A DNA stretch of 64,000 nucleotides. Source: Podospora anserina (Eukaryota). The notes beneath the pieces were generated by a model. The model ran no database searches and was not told where the DNA came from. It worked only from the letters and a program-made list of their open reading frames with translations. The translations under genes were made by a program, and so were the position numbers. Below, piece after piece: positions 38,545 to 51,746 of the stretch; the stretch's first letter is position 1, and each line of letters begins with the position of its first letter. The stretch spans positions 7,440,001 through 7,504,000 of the forward strand of contig CM030332.1 in the NCBI GenBank assembly GCA_017654855.1, in the 5' to 3' direction.

Positions 38545-41500
38545 AGCGGCCGTTGTCCGTTGAAGAATAGAAATCACGCTATCCGCTTAGACTAGTATAT
38601 AAGAGATGTGTCTGGTGCAGTGAGGGGATCCGGCCGAGCGCGAGAGAGAGAGAGGAAAAAAAGGAGCGAACTTGGTAGTGTCTGGTGCGGGATGATGGGA
38701 TGATCAGCAGCGAAGTCGCAGCAGGTTGACCATTGATGGCTGGCCTGAAAAAAAGGGCGGGGAACTCCAATAAGTTTATCGAGGGGACGGGGAGGGACAG
38801 GGGTACACGCACACGGAGGGGTGGAGTCCGCAGTGTGCGGTGGGGAATTACAACAGCGCGCTAAAGTGGTCCAGTCCAGTCGAGGTCGCTGTGCCCGAGA
38901 CCCCCAGTTGAAGCTGCCACTCCATGGCCAGAAAGGTACCTTTTCATTGCAACCTCCTCCGTGAACAAACGCGTGCCGCGTCCGTCGCCCGTCTCGCTCA
39001 TCCCTAACCCCTCCCTTCCCCCATCGGACGAAGGACCCAGACACATGAGATCGAAATCGTGGAGCTCTGCCGCAGATTGAAACATGTGCCACGCACGCGG
39101 AACCTGGCGACATGCTCTTATCGGCAAGGCATTTACAGCACTCTACCATAGTACGACGAAGCTGGCTACGTTGGCTGACTGGACGCGGCCAAGTCAGGGC
39201 CTCGGGCAGGATGGTCAGCTGGAACCTTGAGCAATGTCGAGTCCTGAGGTGCGCTCCCTCTCTCACATATTAAGGTAGCAACCTGGAAGTTCTATGCAGA
39301 AACGACAACGACAACGACAACATCACCAACACTCAGGACGCGGGTCCTAACACAAGACTTTCTCTAGATGCGAAGCTGATCTGATCCGTGCGAGCCTACG
39401 GTGTGATTCAGAGGCAACCAACCAACCCACAGCAGTCAGCAGACCGGCGGCCTACAATCCCATTCTCAGCGAGATTCACAGAGCTTTGCGTTTTTCAGCC
39501 CAGTTGTCTCACAAGCAACGCTAAGCTTTGAAGGATACGGCATACTTCCCCGAAACCATACAGATCATTTGATCCATTGAAGGCAGGCCAAGTATTTGCT
39601 CTTCATGTTATCCGCCGTCACCGAGCAACACAGGGGGTTGTCAAGTTGGACACCCAGGCATACTCGCTTCTACCAAAACCAATCATGCCTAGACTGTGCT
39701 AACCACGGCATGAGAAGGAACCCGTACGTGCAACAAACTAGGAGACCGCTCATCAAGCACGGCAGCTTCGCGGAGCCACATGGCACAGTCCACAACTTGC
39801 GCCATTATTCTGCCGTCCTCAGACACTGCTCAACTCCCGGGATGACTCGAGTATGAACCTGGATAGCAGTCGTGCCACAAAGTCTCCGTTGTTGACCCGA
39901 GAGCGCAGCTATCTTGGACATCCTTGTGCGATTCCAGAAGCTCGCACAGTTCCTCACAGCAGTCGTGTGTGCTACAAAGCCCCACGCTCGAGCTTGAGCC
40001 CTCGAGGGGGTGGCCCAGCAGGCGCAACCAGGTGACTGAACCCGGGGAACGGGGCTTCATGGATGTTGTTTGGCTGCCCGGTGCACCAGGATTGCCTTCC
40101 TTCACCCCCAGAGTCACTTATGGTCTGTGCTCTGATCCGTCTGGACAGCTTTACACTTCTTTGATATATGCTTCCCCAGTTCGGCAGTTCTTCTCAAAAC
40201 TGCATTGTCACCCTCGATGCCCGAACAAACTATCCCCGCCTCCTCCGTCAGCTCTTTCCGAGCTGTGCTTCCCACCCTCGAAAAAGCAGTATTCTTCGAG
40301 AAGCTGCAAGAGCCCGAAACACTCCAAACTGCTATTCGTCATTAACTACTCCCAAGTGTTTCGAACAGCGTCGTTGTGTGGCTTGCAGCTGACCACCAGG
40401 GGAAGGGGGAGGCTTCAGTCGGCACAATTTCTGCCAGGAAAATCGTGCAACAGGACCGGGTGCCTCCGATCTGACAACCTAGAGGTTCGAGCTTCAACAT
40501 ACACCTATCACAGCGGTTGAACAAATGGTATCCGGTGGAGGGCGCGGCTCCTCACTGCTCACGCAATTTTTTGGCTCGTTCGGGAGCAGGGCTTGGCTTG
40601 GCTTATACGCCGCACCCATGCGTCGCCGACTTCTCTTGAGCATGCACCCAAAGCACAGATCCGCACCTTATTTGAGCCAGAATCGCCGATATGTGGTTCC
40701 CCTCTTCCACCGAACCCTCTCTTTTGCTGTGCAGGTGGCGTTTTGGTTGTTGTGCGTTGTGTCGTTCCCCACCTTCAACCTGGACCGTTTTCTGGCTTTG
40801 GTTTGTGTGAACGAATCGGGACCTCCCCCCTTCACTGCCGTTTGCGGTGAGCAAACGGAGAACTCCGTCACTAGTTCCCGGTCTGATTCGGGGCGTTTGT
40901 TGTCCAGCCTTCATTGAACAGGGGCGGAAAATGTACACGCACACAAAAAACATGCCCGTACAGATGACCACATACATGGCCAGCAATTCAAGCTGCCATC
41001 TCTTTTTATCAGGACCTGTGGATTACCCAAGAAAGGCTACCTGCAAGGTGAGTCAGCAGAGGTGCAATAGACCGCTGTCCAGAGCTTGGCAACGTCAGCC
41101 AGAAGCTTCTTCTGGATATCTCTTCGTATTATTGCTAGTCCAAGACATGATATCGCCATTTACTAAAGTCCAAAAAAAGGGGGCCGAGAGCAGTCCAGGA
41201 ACACATTATGTTAACAAAAAGGTAGGATTTGGACCCAGATGCCTCTCTCAGGTTGAGCCTCATGTTGTCAGATTTGGAGATGTCTTGTGATGGAAAGCCG
41301 GGTAACGGCACCGAATAACTACCGCATATTTTCCAGAGGAGACACAGGGTCCATAGGAACTCGTATCTTCTTCTAACGGCCTGCCTTGCAGACTGAACTC
41401 ATGTGTTTATGCCCTCCGAACAGTAATCATGAGATGGCTCACCCGCGGCCTCCCTCCCCTCCGTCACAGATACAGAAATGCCAAGCATCCGACATACATA

Positions 41501-43303
41501 CAGACAGACAGAGGTCCATCTCACATTTTGCCTTGGCGAGTATGCCACGCCCGCTCGTGAGATTAAGCTCGTGTGGGTGGGTGTGGGATGCTGCACGTCA
41601 GCCCTAAATAAACGATGAAAAGATTCGGCAGGGTGTAGGCATCACTTTGGACCCCTGGGGTATAGTCTGTTGGCTGGAATAAAAGGGCCTGACGCCACAA
41701 GAGCCCCAACCCGCAGCAGCGTCATGATAGGCGAGCTTCAGCTCAGGGGCACCTGAGGCGGCTCCGGAGGGCGGTGACCTTAGGCAGCGCGATATGGTGA
41801 TACTTGGTTGGATCACTCATCCTTTATTGCTGTTCTTTCTGCCGAGCGAGAGGGTTCATCGTGGTGGAGGCAGGTAGCTGCACGTCAGATCCTTACTTGT
41901 TGTGGTGGTTTGGGGGCGATCGGATGGAAGCTTGAGAAGTTTTGAGAGATCCCATGCTATGGTGTGGTTGGGGCCGAGAGGCCCTCAGAATACCTTTTGT
42001 ACAGGGAGGTCTTGACGGCGGTGGTGTGATGGTTACCAGCACGAGTTGGGTGGGATAGATACCTATCTGCTTCTGACGTGATTTCGAACCGGTGTACATG
42101 ATGCATACTGTATTCATATATCAACAAGACGAGATGACGTGAGTCGGTAAAATATAGTAAGGTTCTGACTTCACGAAGACCAATGATGAAATCAACAAGC
42201 ATAGTTGCCGTAGGTGAGCACGGAAGATGAGGGATAAATCAGAAATGAGGCTTAAAGACATGGTGAAATTCCTGTATGGTTTGACGTCGTTCCTGTCAAC
42301 TCGAGAGAGACATCTAAGTCTTGTACGGTAATCTCGTAATCTTGGACGCTGGTCTTGTTGTCGTGAGGCATGGAAGGTATCTTGTACCATACTAATGATA
42401 TCATGGACGAGCCTTGTGCCCAAGTTAATCTGTCTGGAAGGCAATTCTATTCACGAGTCTTGAGAGTTTTAAGAAGCCTTTGGGGACAAACTTAAGCTGT
42501 TGTAATGCAAGTGAGACACGGCTTTCCATATGCCTACTTCTCTTAGCAAAGCCTGTTTAAATTCACCTAGCCACCTACCTACCTACCAGGTAGGCAGCAG
42601 AGAAAACCATCAGTCTAATTGGTCTGAGGGACGCCAGATTGGCCTGCAAATGATGCTGGTCCCCGTGTTGAAGACAATCCCCAGAGCTTCGGGAATTTCG
42701 GGAGAATCGTAGCAAAGTATGAGGACTGCATCTTCCAGCGTGGTGTTGTGGTGGAGTTTTGTCATTTCGGGTGAACTGCTCTATTGCGTGGCGGGCTGTG
42801 GAACCGGTCAACTAGCTGAGAATCTTGGCTTTTCTGGTTGTCCATAAGAGTTCTTCTGTATTTCCAGATTCAAAGTTTGAAATGCTGATACACGTCAAAT
42901 TTTCCATATCTCTTTCCGCAAGCAATGGAGAAAACATCACGATCTCATGGCTTGGTGTTGAAGGTTACACTCAGGGGTTCATGTCTTAGCAAAACCCAAC
43001 GTCCTCGCTTGGCTCATTTTAATGCGTTCTCGGCGCCTGGGGAAACGTCTCCGCCGAGACGATGATCCCCTGCAAAGATGTTGATTACAACCGAGGGGAC
43101 GTTGATTTTCCCCTACACTGTGAGGTTGCAAGCGAAAGTGCCGGTGTTAGGTACACAATATCGACTAATCTTTTCCACCACTAAGTTTATAGAGTAAACA
43201 AGATCCCTATAAATCCACGATTTATAATTCCATCTTTTTTTAAATATGGGCTTTCTTTTATATAAATTTTTATTGTATTTTAAAAAACTAATACTTCGCT
43301 ATA

Positions 43304-43649
43304 TGTCACGGACTTAATATAAGTGGGGAGCGCGGGGCGCGACCTGTCCAATCACTGAAACGGAAAAGTAGGGAAGTTAGATTATCACTAGCTTTCGGTG
43401 AACGACGAGTGATAATCGATATTATTACTGGTAATAATAGTGATAAATAGGTTTATATATACGGAGGAACTGGCTAGTGTAGATAGATAGTTCCGTAGTA
43501 TACAATACAAGTCACAATCGTGGTATCTTAGCTATTGTGATTAAGACAAGCTATTTGTTATACACTATTTAGCTGTACCGAACCAGAATTATTTAGAAGT
43601 GCCTTCAACCAGTGTCCCTTTCAGAGGTTCTGGATAGGGGTTCGTCACA
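43304..43649 (+). mobile_element. Solo LTR, family A variant 1 (346 bp; possibly Podospora crapaud-type)
   Basis: TGTCAC...GTCACA termini, TATATATA box at ~43454; the 3' ~200 bp are near-identical to ~45000-45201. The family name comes from recalled architecture, not from an alignment. Confidence 0.82.
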
Positions 43650-43741
43650 ATAATACTATGTATTTTAATTATGTTAGCTAGTGAGCCCTGATAGGCCTAT
43701 AATATAGAACCTATACAGGGTTGCTGTAAAATACAGCAGTG

Positions 43742-44749
43742 TGTCACGGGCAGGACAGGTGGACAGAATAATGACAGTAATATTCGGCTATGCTACAGTC
43801 TGGGCTCTATTCCGTCGGGTACGGGCAGGCTCTATTGTCAAGACGTAGCTCAAAGAGCTACAAACAGGTCTCGCGGCAGCGAGATGCGAAGTCATTCAAG
43901 TCGCATTAGCCCGTGCTCTGCACGTGCCAAGCTCCATCACTGGATTAACGACGGTTACGGTGCAACCGCCGTGACAGTATCCCCCCTAAGTGCGGAGCTC
44001 CGTCGATGTACTATCTTGGTTCAAGGGCGGGGCTTCTCAGGGTAGCGGCGGTGGAAATTCCGGACAACTTCTTTTACGTGTTCCAAGTAGTCTGCAGGCA
44101 CTTCGGTGGGTTAATTGTATCCAGTCCACTTTACGGTATACTTAAGACGGGGGTAACCTCCTCGGCCACGGCGATCCTAACGGGAGTCGAGAATATCTTT
44201 AACTTTAAACTTTTTTATTCTATCGATTTCCACTAGTAGTAGGGGGTTTTATATTTAATTTAGCTAAGGGTTATTGGATATAGGGCGTAATAAACTAATA
44301 AAAATACTAAATAGTTTTTTATTAAAGTAAGTAAGTTTAGTTAATATACGTACGGACTAATAACCTTAATAATCTTAAAAAGTCCTATATTTTTTTAATT
44401 AAATTTCTTTTATAAGCGGAGCGTTTTAATATTACGGATATCGAGCTAAACTTTTTAATTAACGTAGTACTTACGGGCAAGCTTACGTTTCCGGTTAATA
44501 TATTCCTTTTAGCGGGCCTAGGCTAAATAGATTTCTAATTTAGGGAATTCGTGGATCTCTTATATCCTCGATATAAATTAGTCGGCGTCTTTAGTTTTTA
44601 GAGATTTATCGGGTATAATAAATTTAAATCCTATACGGAAGTAAAAATTATAGTTAATAAAGAATAATGTTATTTTAATATTTTTATTTAAAATATTATT
44701 TAAAATAAATTCCGTGAGTAATAATTATATTGTTTAATTGTTTTATAAG
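43742..44749 (-). mobile_element. 3' end of a chromoviral Ty3/gypsy retrotransposon: 235-bp 3' LTR (43742-43976), PPT, RIP-degraded integrase C-terminus with chromodomain
   Basis: LTR bounded by 8-bp inverted repeats TGTCACGG/CCGTGACA; minus-strand PPT AGGGGGGATAC abuts it. Minus translation of ~44232-44020 reads VEID..[59 protein letters not shown]. Confidence 0.9.
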
Positions 44750-45201
44750 TGTTACAGTTAACTTAACGGCAGGTCGCGCCACATGTAGGGCGTAGGTCGC
44801 CCCTAGCTAATCATTAAGGAAGCCAGGGAACAAGCCAATCAGGCTAGGACAAAAGTGCTATGGCGCTAAAGCTCACGAGTAGTCTGCAGGATACAAGATG
44901 CTAAGGGTAATCAGAGGCATAGCACGACGAGCACGTTGCAGGATGTAATGTGCTAGGGGTGATCGGGGCCATAGCAGGGTGAGCACCTCACGGTCCCAAG
45001 GTCTATATATACGGAGGAACTGGCTGGTGTAGATAGACAGTTCCGCAGTATACAATAACAAGTTACAATCGTGGTATTTTAGCTATTGTGATCGAGATAA
45101 GCCATTTGTTGTGCACTATTTAGCTGCACCGAACTAGGATTATTTAGAAGTTACCTTTAACCAGTATCCCTTTCAGAGGTTCTGGATAGGGGTTCGTTAT
45201 A
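44750..45201 (+). mobile_element. Solo LTR, family A variant 2 (452 bp)
   Basis: TGTTAC start, GTTATA end (RIP form of GTCACA); 3' half homologous to ~43450-43649, 5' half unrelated. Confidence 0.82.
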
Positions 45202-46079
45202 TATAGTTTAAAAGCCTTTATAAAAATCCGGTTATATTTATAAATAAAATTTAGGTTTTAATAATACTAACTAAAGTTCTAATTTTATATTATTTCTTTA
45301 TTATTAATAATATTAAGGCTTTAAGTTTCTATAACCTATAATTAAATATTTTATTCTTTACGGATATAAGTTTTACTCTTAATTTTATAAAGGGCTATAT
45401 AATTAGCGCGAATATATTATATAAAAGAAAGTTAATTAAAGCTTATATAATAAAAAAAAAGTAATTAAAAAAATAAAGGCGGAATATAACGGTAAGGATC
45501 GAGGTAATACCTTTTCTATTAATTAACTTTTATAAGTATTTAAGGGACTAGTTAATAAAAAAAATATTTATCTTTAAATAAATAACGGAGGAACTAAAGG
45601 AAAAGAATAAAGGAATTAAGGAACTAAATAAAGGAGTTAAGTATTCTTTACTTAATTTTATTTTAAGGGAATTAAAATTACTATTATTAAATTATTATTT
45701 AACGTTTAATATTATTTTTTATAAAAATAAAAAAAAGGGGGATATTAAAAGTAAGGGAGGAAAGAATATTAATAATTAGAAGGAAGGAAAAAAGGGAGGT
45801 ATAAAGGATTACTAGAAAGAAAAGTCTTTATTTTAGCTTAGAAGAATAAAAATTATAATAAAAACTCTAACTTCGGACGAAATATCTAGGAAAAAACAAC
45901 TACCACCGACCTTCATAATAGGTCTATACCTAATACTATTAATAATACCGTCGCTACTACTATTAAAAATATTTTCGCCGTTTAATTAAAGGACTAATAT
46001 AATAACTTTATTTAAGCCCGATATTACTTTTATATACTTAAAGATATTTAATTAATCCCTTACTTAATTAAATTAATAT
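45202..46079 (+). mobile_element. Internal fragment (post-protease region) of the oldest copy of the Ylt1-like Ty3/gypsy family
   Basis: Colinear with ~55064-55931, differing mostly by C/T and G/A transitions; interrupted at 46080 by the LTR of another copy. Confidence 0.88.
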
Positions 46080-49000
46080 TGAAATGGTGAGAAAACACAC
46101 AAAACAACCACAACACTACAAATATACCCTCAACAGGTCTCAGAATAAACACACCTGCGTGACAGTAACTCGCTCGCAGGCCGCACTTTACGTAGGACAA
46201 AGAAAAGACACTATGGGCTCGCAAGCCACATAATAAGCACCGGATTGGCCTAATTAGAGGGCTAGAATTACCTGTACGCGTGTAAGGTATAAAATACGAA
46301 GAAAAGAATAAAAGTCGATGTCCTGTTTAAAATAGAATGTCCGAAGTAAACCGTTTATATATATAACCCCTGAACCCCTAAGGCCTCTAAGAGCCCCGCT
46401 TCCTTATTTATACTTTTAGGCTTATAACCGTACCCCAAACTAAACCTCCCTTCGTATTTAATTATTATAAATTAATAAGTAAATATATATATAAAAAAAA
46501 AATCTTTTATAAATAAAAAAAAAAAAATATCGTTTAATAAAAAAAAAGGAAAATAATATAATCTTACTATCCCTTTATCCATTCTCCTTTAATTAAAAAG
46601 AAAAGTATTTTTACTTTTCGGATCTTAAAATATATTTCCGTCCTTATCGAACTATTATAATTAATAACCTAACGACTTCCTCCCTTCGTTTTTAAAAAAC
46701 TTTAGAAGTTTATTTTTATTTTATAAAACTAAGTATATAATTAAGCGAAAAGTATATTATTAATAATCTTAAATAGTTATAAGTAAAAGAACGGGTAATT
46801 ATAAATTTAGAGAAGAGCGGTAAGTTTATTATTATAAAAGTACGGAACTTAAAAAAGGTTATTACTTTACTTAATTATTAAAAGTTATTTAATATATTAT
46901 TTAATTTAAACCCTTTATAATTAAAAGAAAAACCTATAATATATTTATTTCTTTTAATAATAATAATTAAAGTTAACGGAGAATTAAAAAAGAAAATAAA
47001 CCGGGGAATTAATAAAGATTTAAAAGGAAATAAAAAGGTATTTAGTAAGTTAAATCCTTCCGCGTTTATTAAGTTCTTTAGGCCCTTCTTTCTTTATTTT
47101 TTATTACGTACCTTCTAATTAAATTTATAATTTAAAAACTTTTTTATATAAATTATTTATAATTTTATTATTTTTTTCCCCGTAACGCTTATAGTTTTAT
47201 AATTTTTATAATAATAATCTCCTTTCTAAACCTTTATTACCGTTAAATCCTTTTCTTTACCGTACGAAATACCTTTTTAAAAATAAATACAGTAATACTT
47301 TAAAACCTAAAAACTATATTTTTACGTCCCGCCCTATTTACTATAGGCTAGCTTTTTTACTTTTATATTAAAACTATAGTAAAAAGCGTAACGGATATAA
47401 AATACTAAATAAAAAATAATATTAACTTAATACCCTTTTTAATTCTTTAATAAATCTATATAAATTAAAATATTAATAGTAACGTCGTAAATATTTATTA
47501 CTTAATAACTTCTGTTATTAATATAAATAGGGAGGACCTAATATCGTTAATTAAAAGCGTTATAATTATTATTAAATAAAAAAAAATATATTAACGATTT
47601 TATTATAATAGAGTTTAAAAGCTCTTTAAGGATCTATATATAATATTTAAAGATTTCTTAAAGAAAATACCGAAAAGTATAAGTAAAGACCGAGCTAATA
47701 AATTATTATTTAATTTTTAATTAACTTTAAAGGTTATATATAGTATAAATAAAAGAAATTATATAAATATTATAAATATAAATCTAATTAAAGGGGGTTA
47801 TTATTTTTAAATTAAAAAAAAAATATTTAATAATATTAATCGAAAATTATTTTACGAAAATAATATTAATTTAGTCGGGCTGCTTTTTTATAATATAATT
47901 TTTTAAGTCGGTAATTAAGTTAAAACGAAAACGAATAAATTAAAGAATATTATTACTTTAAAGAAGGAAAATATTATACGGGGGACTAAAGCTATAGACC
48001 CTATCGATACTTTAAAAGCGCGTTTTCTAAATAATTTTTTTAATAAAATTATTAAGAGGGCCGAATTTCTTAATAATAATAAATTTTTTTTATAATATAT
48101 TGTAAATAAACTTTATAAAAAGCGTTAATAATATTATTTTATAAAAATTAAGAGGGAGTAATATATAATATAATTTATAATTAAAGGGTTATTGAAAGGA
48201 AAGTAAAGAATTTTTTTAAAATAAAGAGTTAAAAAAAAAAAAGATTTTCGGTAAATCTTTATTTTTTATTATTTATTTAATTTATAAAGTAAAATTATTA
48301 AATAATTACGTAAGTCGTTTAAAAAGGAAAAAATATTTTAATAAATCTCCTTCCTATAAAGGTTTATAAAACTAATTATACCGTTTTATTTTTTAATTAT
48401 AAATACTTATACTAATTCTCTTTATTTTTATTTACTCTTTATTTTTTTTAATATTTATTAATTATTTTTTTTAATAGCTTTTTTTTTAAAGAAACTTATT
48501 ATTTCGTTTAATTAAGCGGTTAACGACTTTACTATTTAAGTATTTATAACTTTTTTCGTTAAAAAACTTTTTAATTAAATTAAAGGAATTTTTAATTTTA
48601 CTATATATAATTAGTCCGAGGTTAGTATAGACCTTACTTAAAAACTTTTATTTACTACCTTTATTTATTATTTTATTAACCTTACCCGTACTTCTAATAA
48701 TTAAAGCGTTATTTATAAAAGGTATATTTAAATTCGGCGTCCTACTTACGTTTATAACTTTATTATATTTAAAAATATTAATATTTATTATAATATTTTT
48801 TTCCCCTATTAAACTACTTTTTAATATTTTAAAATTTTCCCTTTAAATCCTAAATATATAATTACTCCCCTTTACTTTAAATAATTCCTTTTTAATCCAA
48901 TAAAAAAGGAAAGTAAAAAAGAGTAATAATTATTTTTTAAAAATATTAATACGGATAAAATTATTATTAATTATATTTTTAAAGCATTATTAACCGGTTC

Positions 49001-51362
49001 CGTTAAATAGATTTTCGTTAAACGGTTTAATAAATAGTTTTTCGGGCGTTAGTTCTTTAAAATCGTTAAGCGGGTTTATCGCTCTAAAAGTTTATTTATT
49101 TAGGTTACCGGGTTACTATAAGTACCGCCCTCCTAATTAAACTTAATTTAATATTAATATATTAAATTTAATTATATTAATTTATATAATAAGTACGATT
49201 AAAGTTATTACCGGTTTTTTATAATATTCCTCGATAGAATTAAAATTAAAATAATATAATTATACTTCGGTTATATAGAAAAAGAGGATTTCGATTAAAA
49301 ATATAGAAATTATTAATATAAAAATATTTATTATTTATAATTTAATATTAATAAAAATAATTTTTACTTTAAGGATTTTAATAATAGTAAGTTATTAAAG
49401 TTAAATTATAGTACCGTAAATTTAATTTTTAATAATAAAGAAATCGATTAGGATTAAGAGTAAGAAGAATAGCGGGTTAAGTATAAAGAGTTTAGGAAAT
49501 AATAAATAAATAAAAAAAAGGAAAAAAAAAAAGAAAAAGAATAATTTTCTACTTCTTTAAATTAAAAGAAAGGGTATAAAGAAAAAAGTAAATCGGAAAA
49601 AAAAATAATAAAAAAAGAAAAAAAAAAATTAAAAATTTAATATAATAATCTTTATTTTAATTAATTACTTTCCTTAATATTTTTCTTTTTTTTAAAAATA
49701 AATAATTTTTATAACTTTATTTTTATAATATAAACTTTAATATTTTTTTAAAGAAAAATAATAATTATAATATTTTTATTATTATTTCCCCCTAATTATT
49801 TAAAAAATTCTTTAATCTACCCTTCTTTAAGATTACCTTTATACTTTTACCCTTCTTAAATCTCTTTTATACCTTAATATTTTTCCGTTTTATTTAAGTT
49901 TTTCCCCTAATTATTATTTTTTTTAATATTTTTTTTATTATTTTTTTATTTTTATTTTTATTTTTTATTATATTTATACTTTTCTTTACTTTATTTTTAG
50001 GTACTTACTTAATTTTCTTTAATCCTAACTATATATTTATATTTTTTTTATTTATATATATATTTTTTAATCTAAAAAACTTTTTTACTTTATTTAATAT
50101 ATAAGAAACTTATAATAATATTCTATTTAATATTTTTAAAAAGTAATAAATATTATTTAATTCGACCTTCTTTACTTTAAAAGGGCTATCCTAGCGGTAC
50201 TATAGCTTCCTTACTATATTTATATTTAACTTTCTATCTATTTTATATATTAATATTAAGTCCCCCTTTTTAATTATATTATTCTTAAGCTTAATACTAT
50301 AAATCTTTTTTTTATTTTTTCTTACCGTAGCTTTTTATTTTACTATATTAACCCTCTTAATTACTAAAGTTAAATTTATTTTTTAGGATTTTAATAGTCT
50401 TACCTTTACTTTTATTAAATTTATAATCGCTCTTTCCTTCTAGTATCTCCTTAATTTATCGAAACTAATTTTTTTTTACTAAACAACTCTCTATAACGGT
50501 ACGTCTTTTTCGATCGGCGTAATAAGGTTAAACTTATATATTAAATAAAAAGTATTATACTTATAAATACCTCGTATCGTAATTTTATTAATAAATAATA
50601 TATAAGGGAGTTACTACTTTTACTTTTTCCCCGTCCTATTTATTATTTTTATTAGTATTAATATAATTAAAATATAATTAAACTCCGTTATTTTATTTAC
50701 TTTTATATTATAAAGTAAAACTATTATTTAAAAAACTTTTAACCTTTTTAAAATTTTAATAGTTTCTTTTCTAAATTCTAATCCGCCGTCCACTACTACG
50801 ATTAAAAAGTAACCTTATCTAAAAATAATATTATATAGAATAAAGTTTTTAACCCTAAAAATTTTATTTAAACTTAAAACTTTCGTTTTTAAATATTTAA
50901 TTAAATTATCCTTTGTTTTTAGAAAGTATATTTTTTTTCCCGAAACCGTTAATAAAAACTAAACGTTTAAATATTATTTTATAAATAAAATAATTAAAAG
51001 TTTAATATATAAATATTAATTTTTTTAATATTTCGGGCTTTATTATTAATATTATTTATATATTTTAATTTAAATTTTAACGTTAATGTATATACCTTTC
51101 TAATAATAATTTTTTATTATTTAAATATAAATAACTTCCTATCCTTTATAACTTATTTTATTATAATATATATTAAAAACTTTTTTCCGCTCGATTAAAG
51201 GATTAATAATTCTCCTAAAGGGAAAGCCTCTTTTATTTAATTTAAAAAATAAAACTCTATTTTCGAAAATTATTTTTAAAATATTATTTTTAATAGTCTA
51301 AACGTTAAATTTCGTTTTAATTTTTAACTCCGTATTAATCGTAAGGAACTTGGTAATAGTAT
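46080..51362 (-). mobile_element. 3' part of a second copy of the Ylt1-like element: 3' LTR 46080-46442, PPT, extra 3' region, integrase; RIP-inactivated
   Basis: 363-bp LTR is the reverse complement of 62868-63230; the whole segment is the reverse complement of 57944-63230 apart from transitions and small indels. Confidence 0.92.
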
Positions 51363-51725
51363 TGGTTTGGGGTGCGGCCACAGGCCTGAGAGTATGAGTA
51401 AGGAAGCGGGGCTCTCAGAGGACTCAGGGGTTCAGGGGTCATGTATATAAGCGGTCTGCTTCGGACATTCTATTTTAGACAGATCATCGACTTTTATTCT
51501 TTTCTTCGTATTTGGTGCCTTGCACGCGTGTAGGTAATTCTGGCCCTCTGATCAGGCCAATCCGGTGCTTATTATGTGGCCTGCGAGCCCATAGTGTCTT
51601 TTCTTTGTCCTACGTGAAGTGCGGCCTGCGAGCGAGTCACTGTCACGTAGGTATGTTTATTCTGAGACCTGTTGAGGGTATATTTGTAGTGTTGTGGTTG
51701 TTTTGTGTGTTTTCTTACCATTTTA
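51363..51725 (+). repeat. 5' LTR of the complete element
   Basis: TGGTTTGGGG...CCATTTTA (terminal CA changed to TA), followed by the PBS after 2 nt. Confidence 0.95.
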
Positions 51726-51727
51726 AA

Positions 51728-51746
51728 TGGAGGTCGTGCCCGGGTT
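51728..51746 (+). promoter_or_regulatory. Primer binding site TGGAGGTCGTGCCCGGGTT (tRNA 3'-end complement, probably tRNA-Gln)
   Basis: Starts with TGG 2 nt after the LTR; its complement ends ...GACCU-CCA, as eukaryotic tRNA-Gln acceptor ends commonly do. Confidence 0.75.

Noticed and set aside
38592-42811. ORFs of 60-224 aa upstream of the bZIP gene
   Set aside because: No recognisable domains or codon bias; best read as a long regulatory region.
43023-43184. Short protein-like frame (CVLGAWGNVSAETMIPCKDVDYNRG...) at the TE boundary
   Set aside because: Bounded by stops and too short to support a pseudogene call without a homology search.
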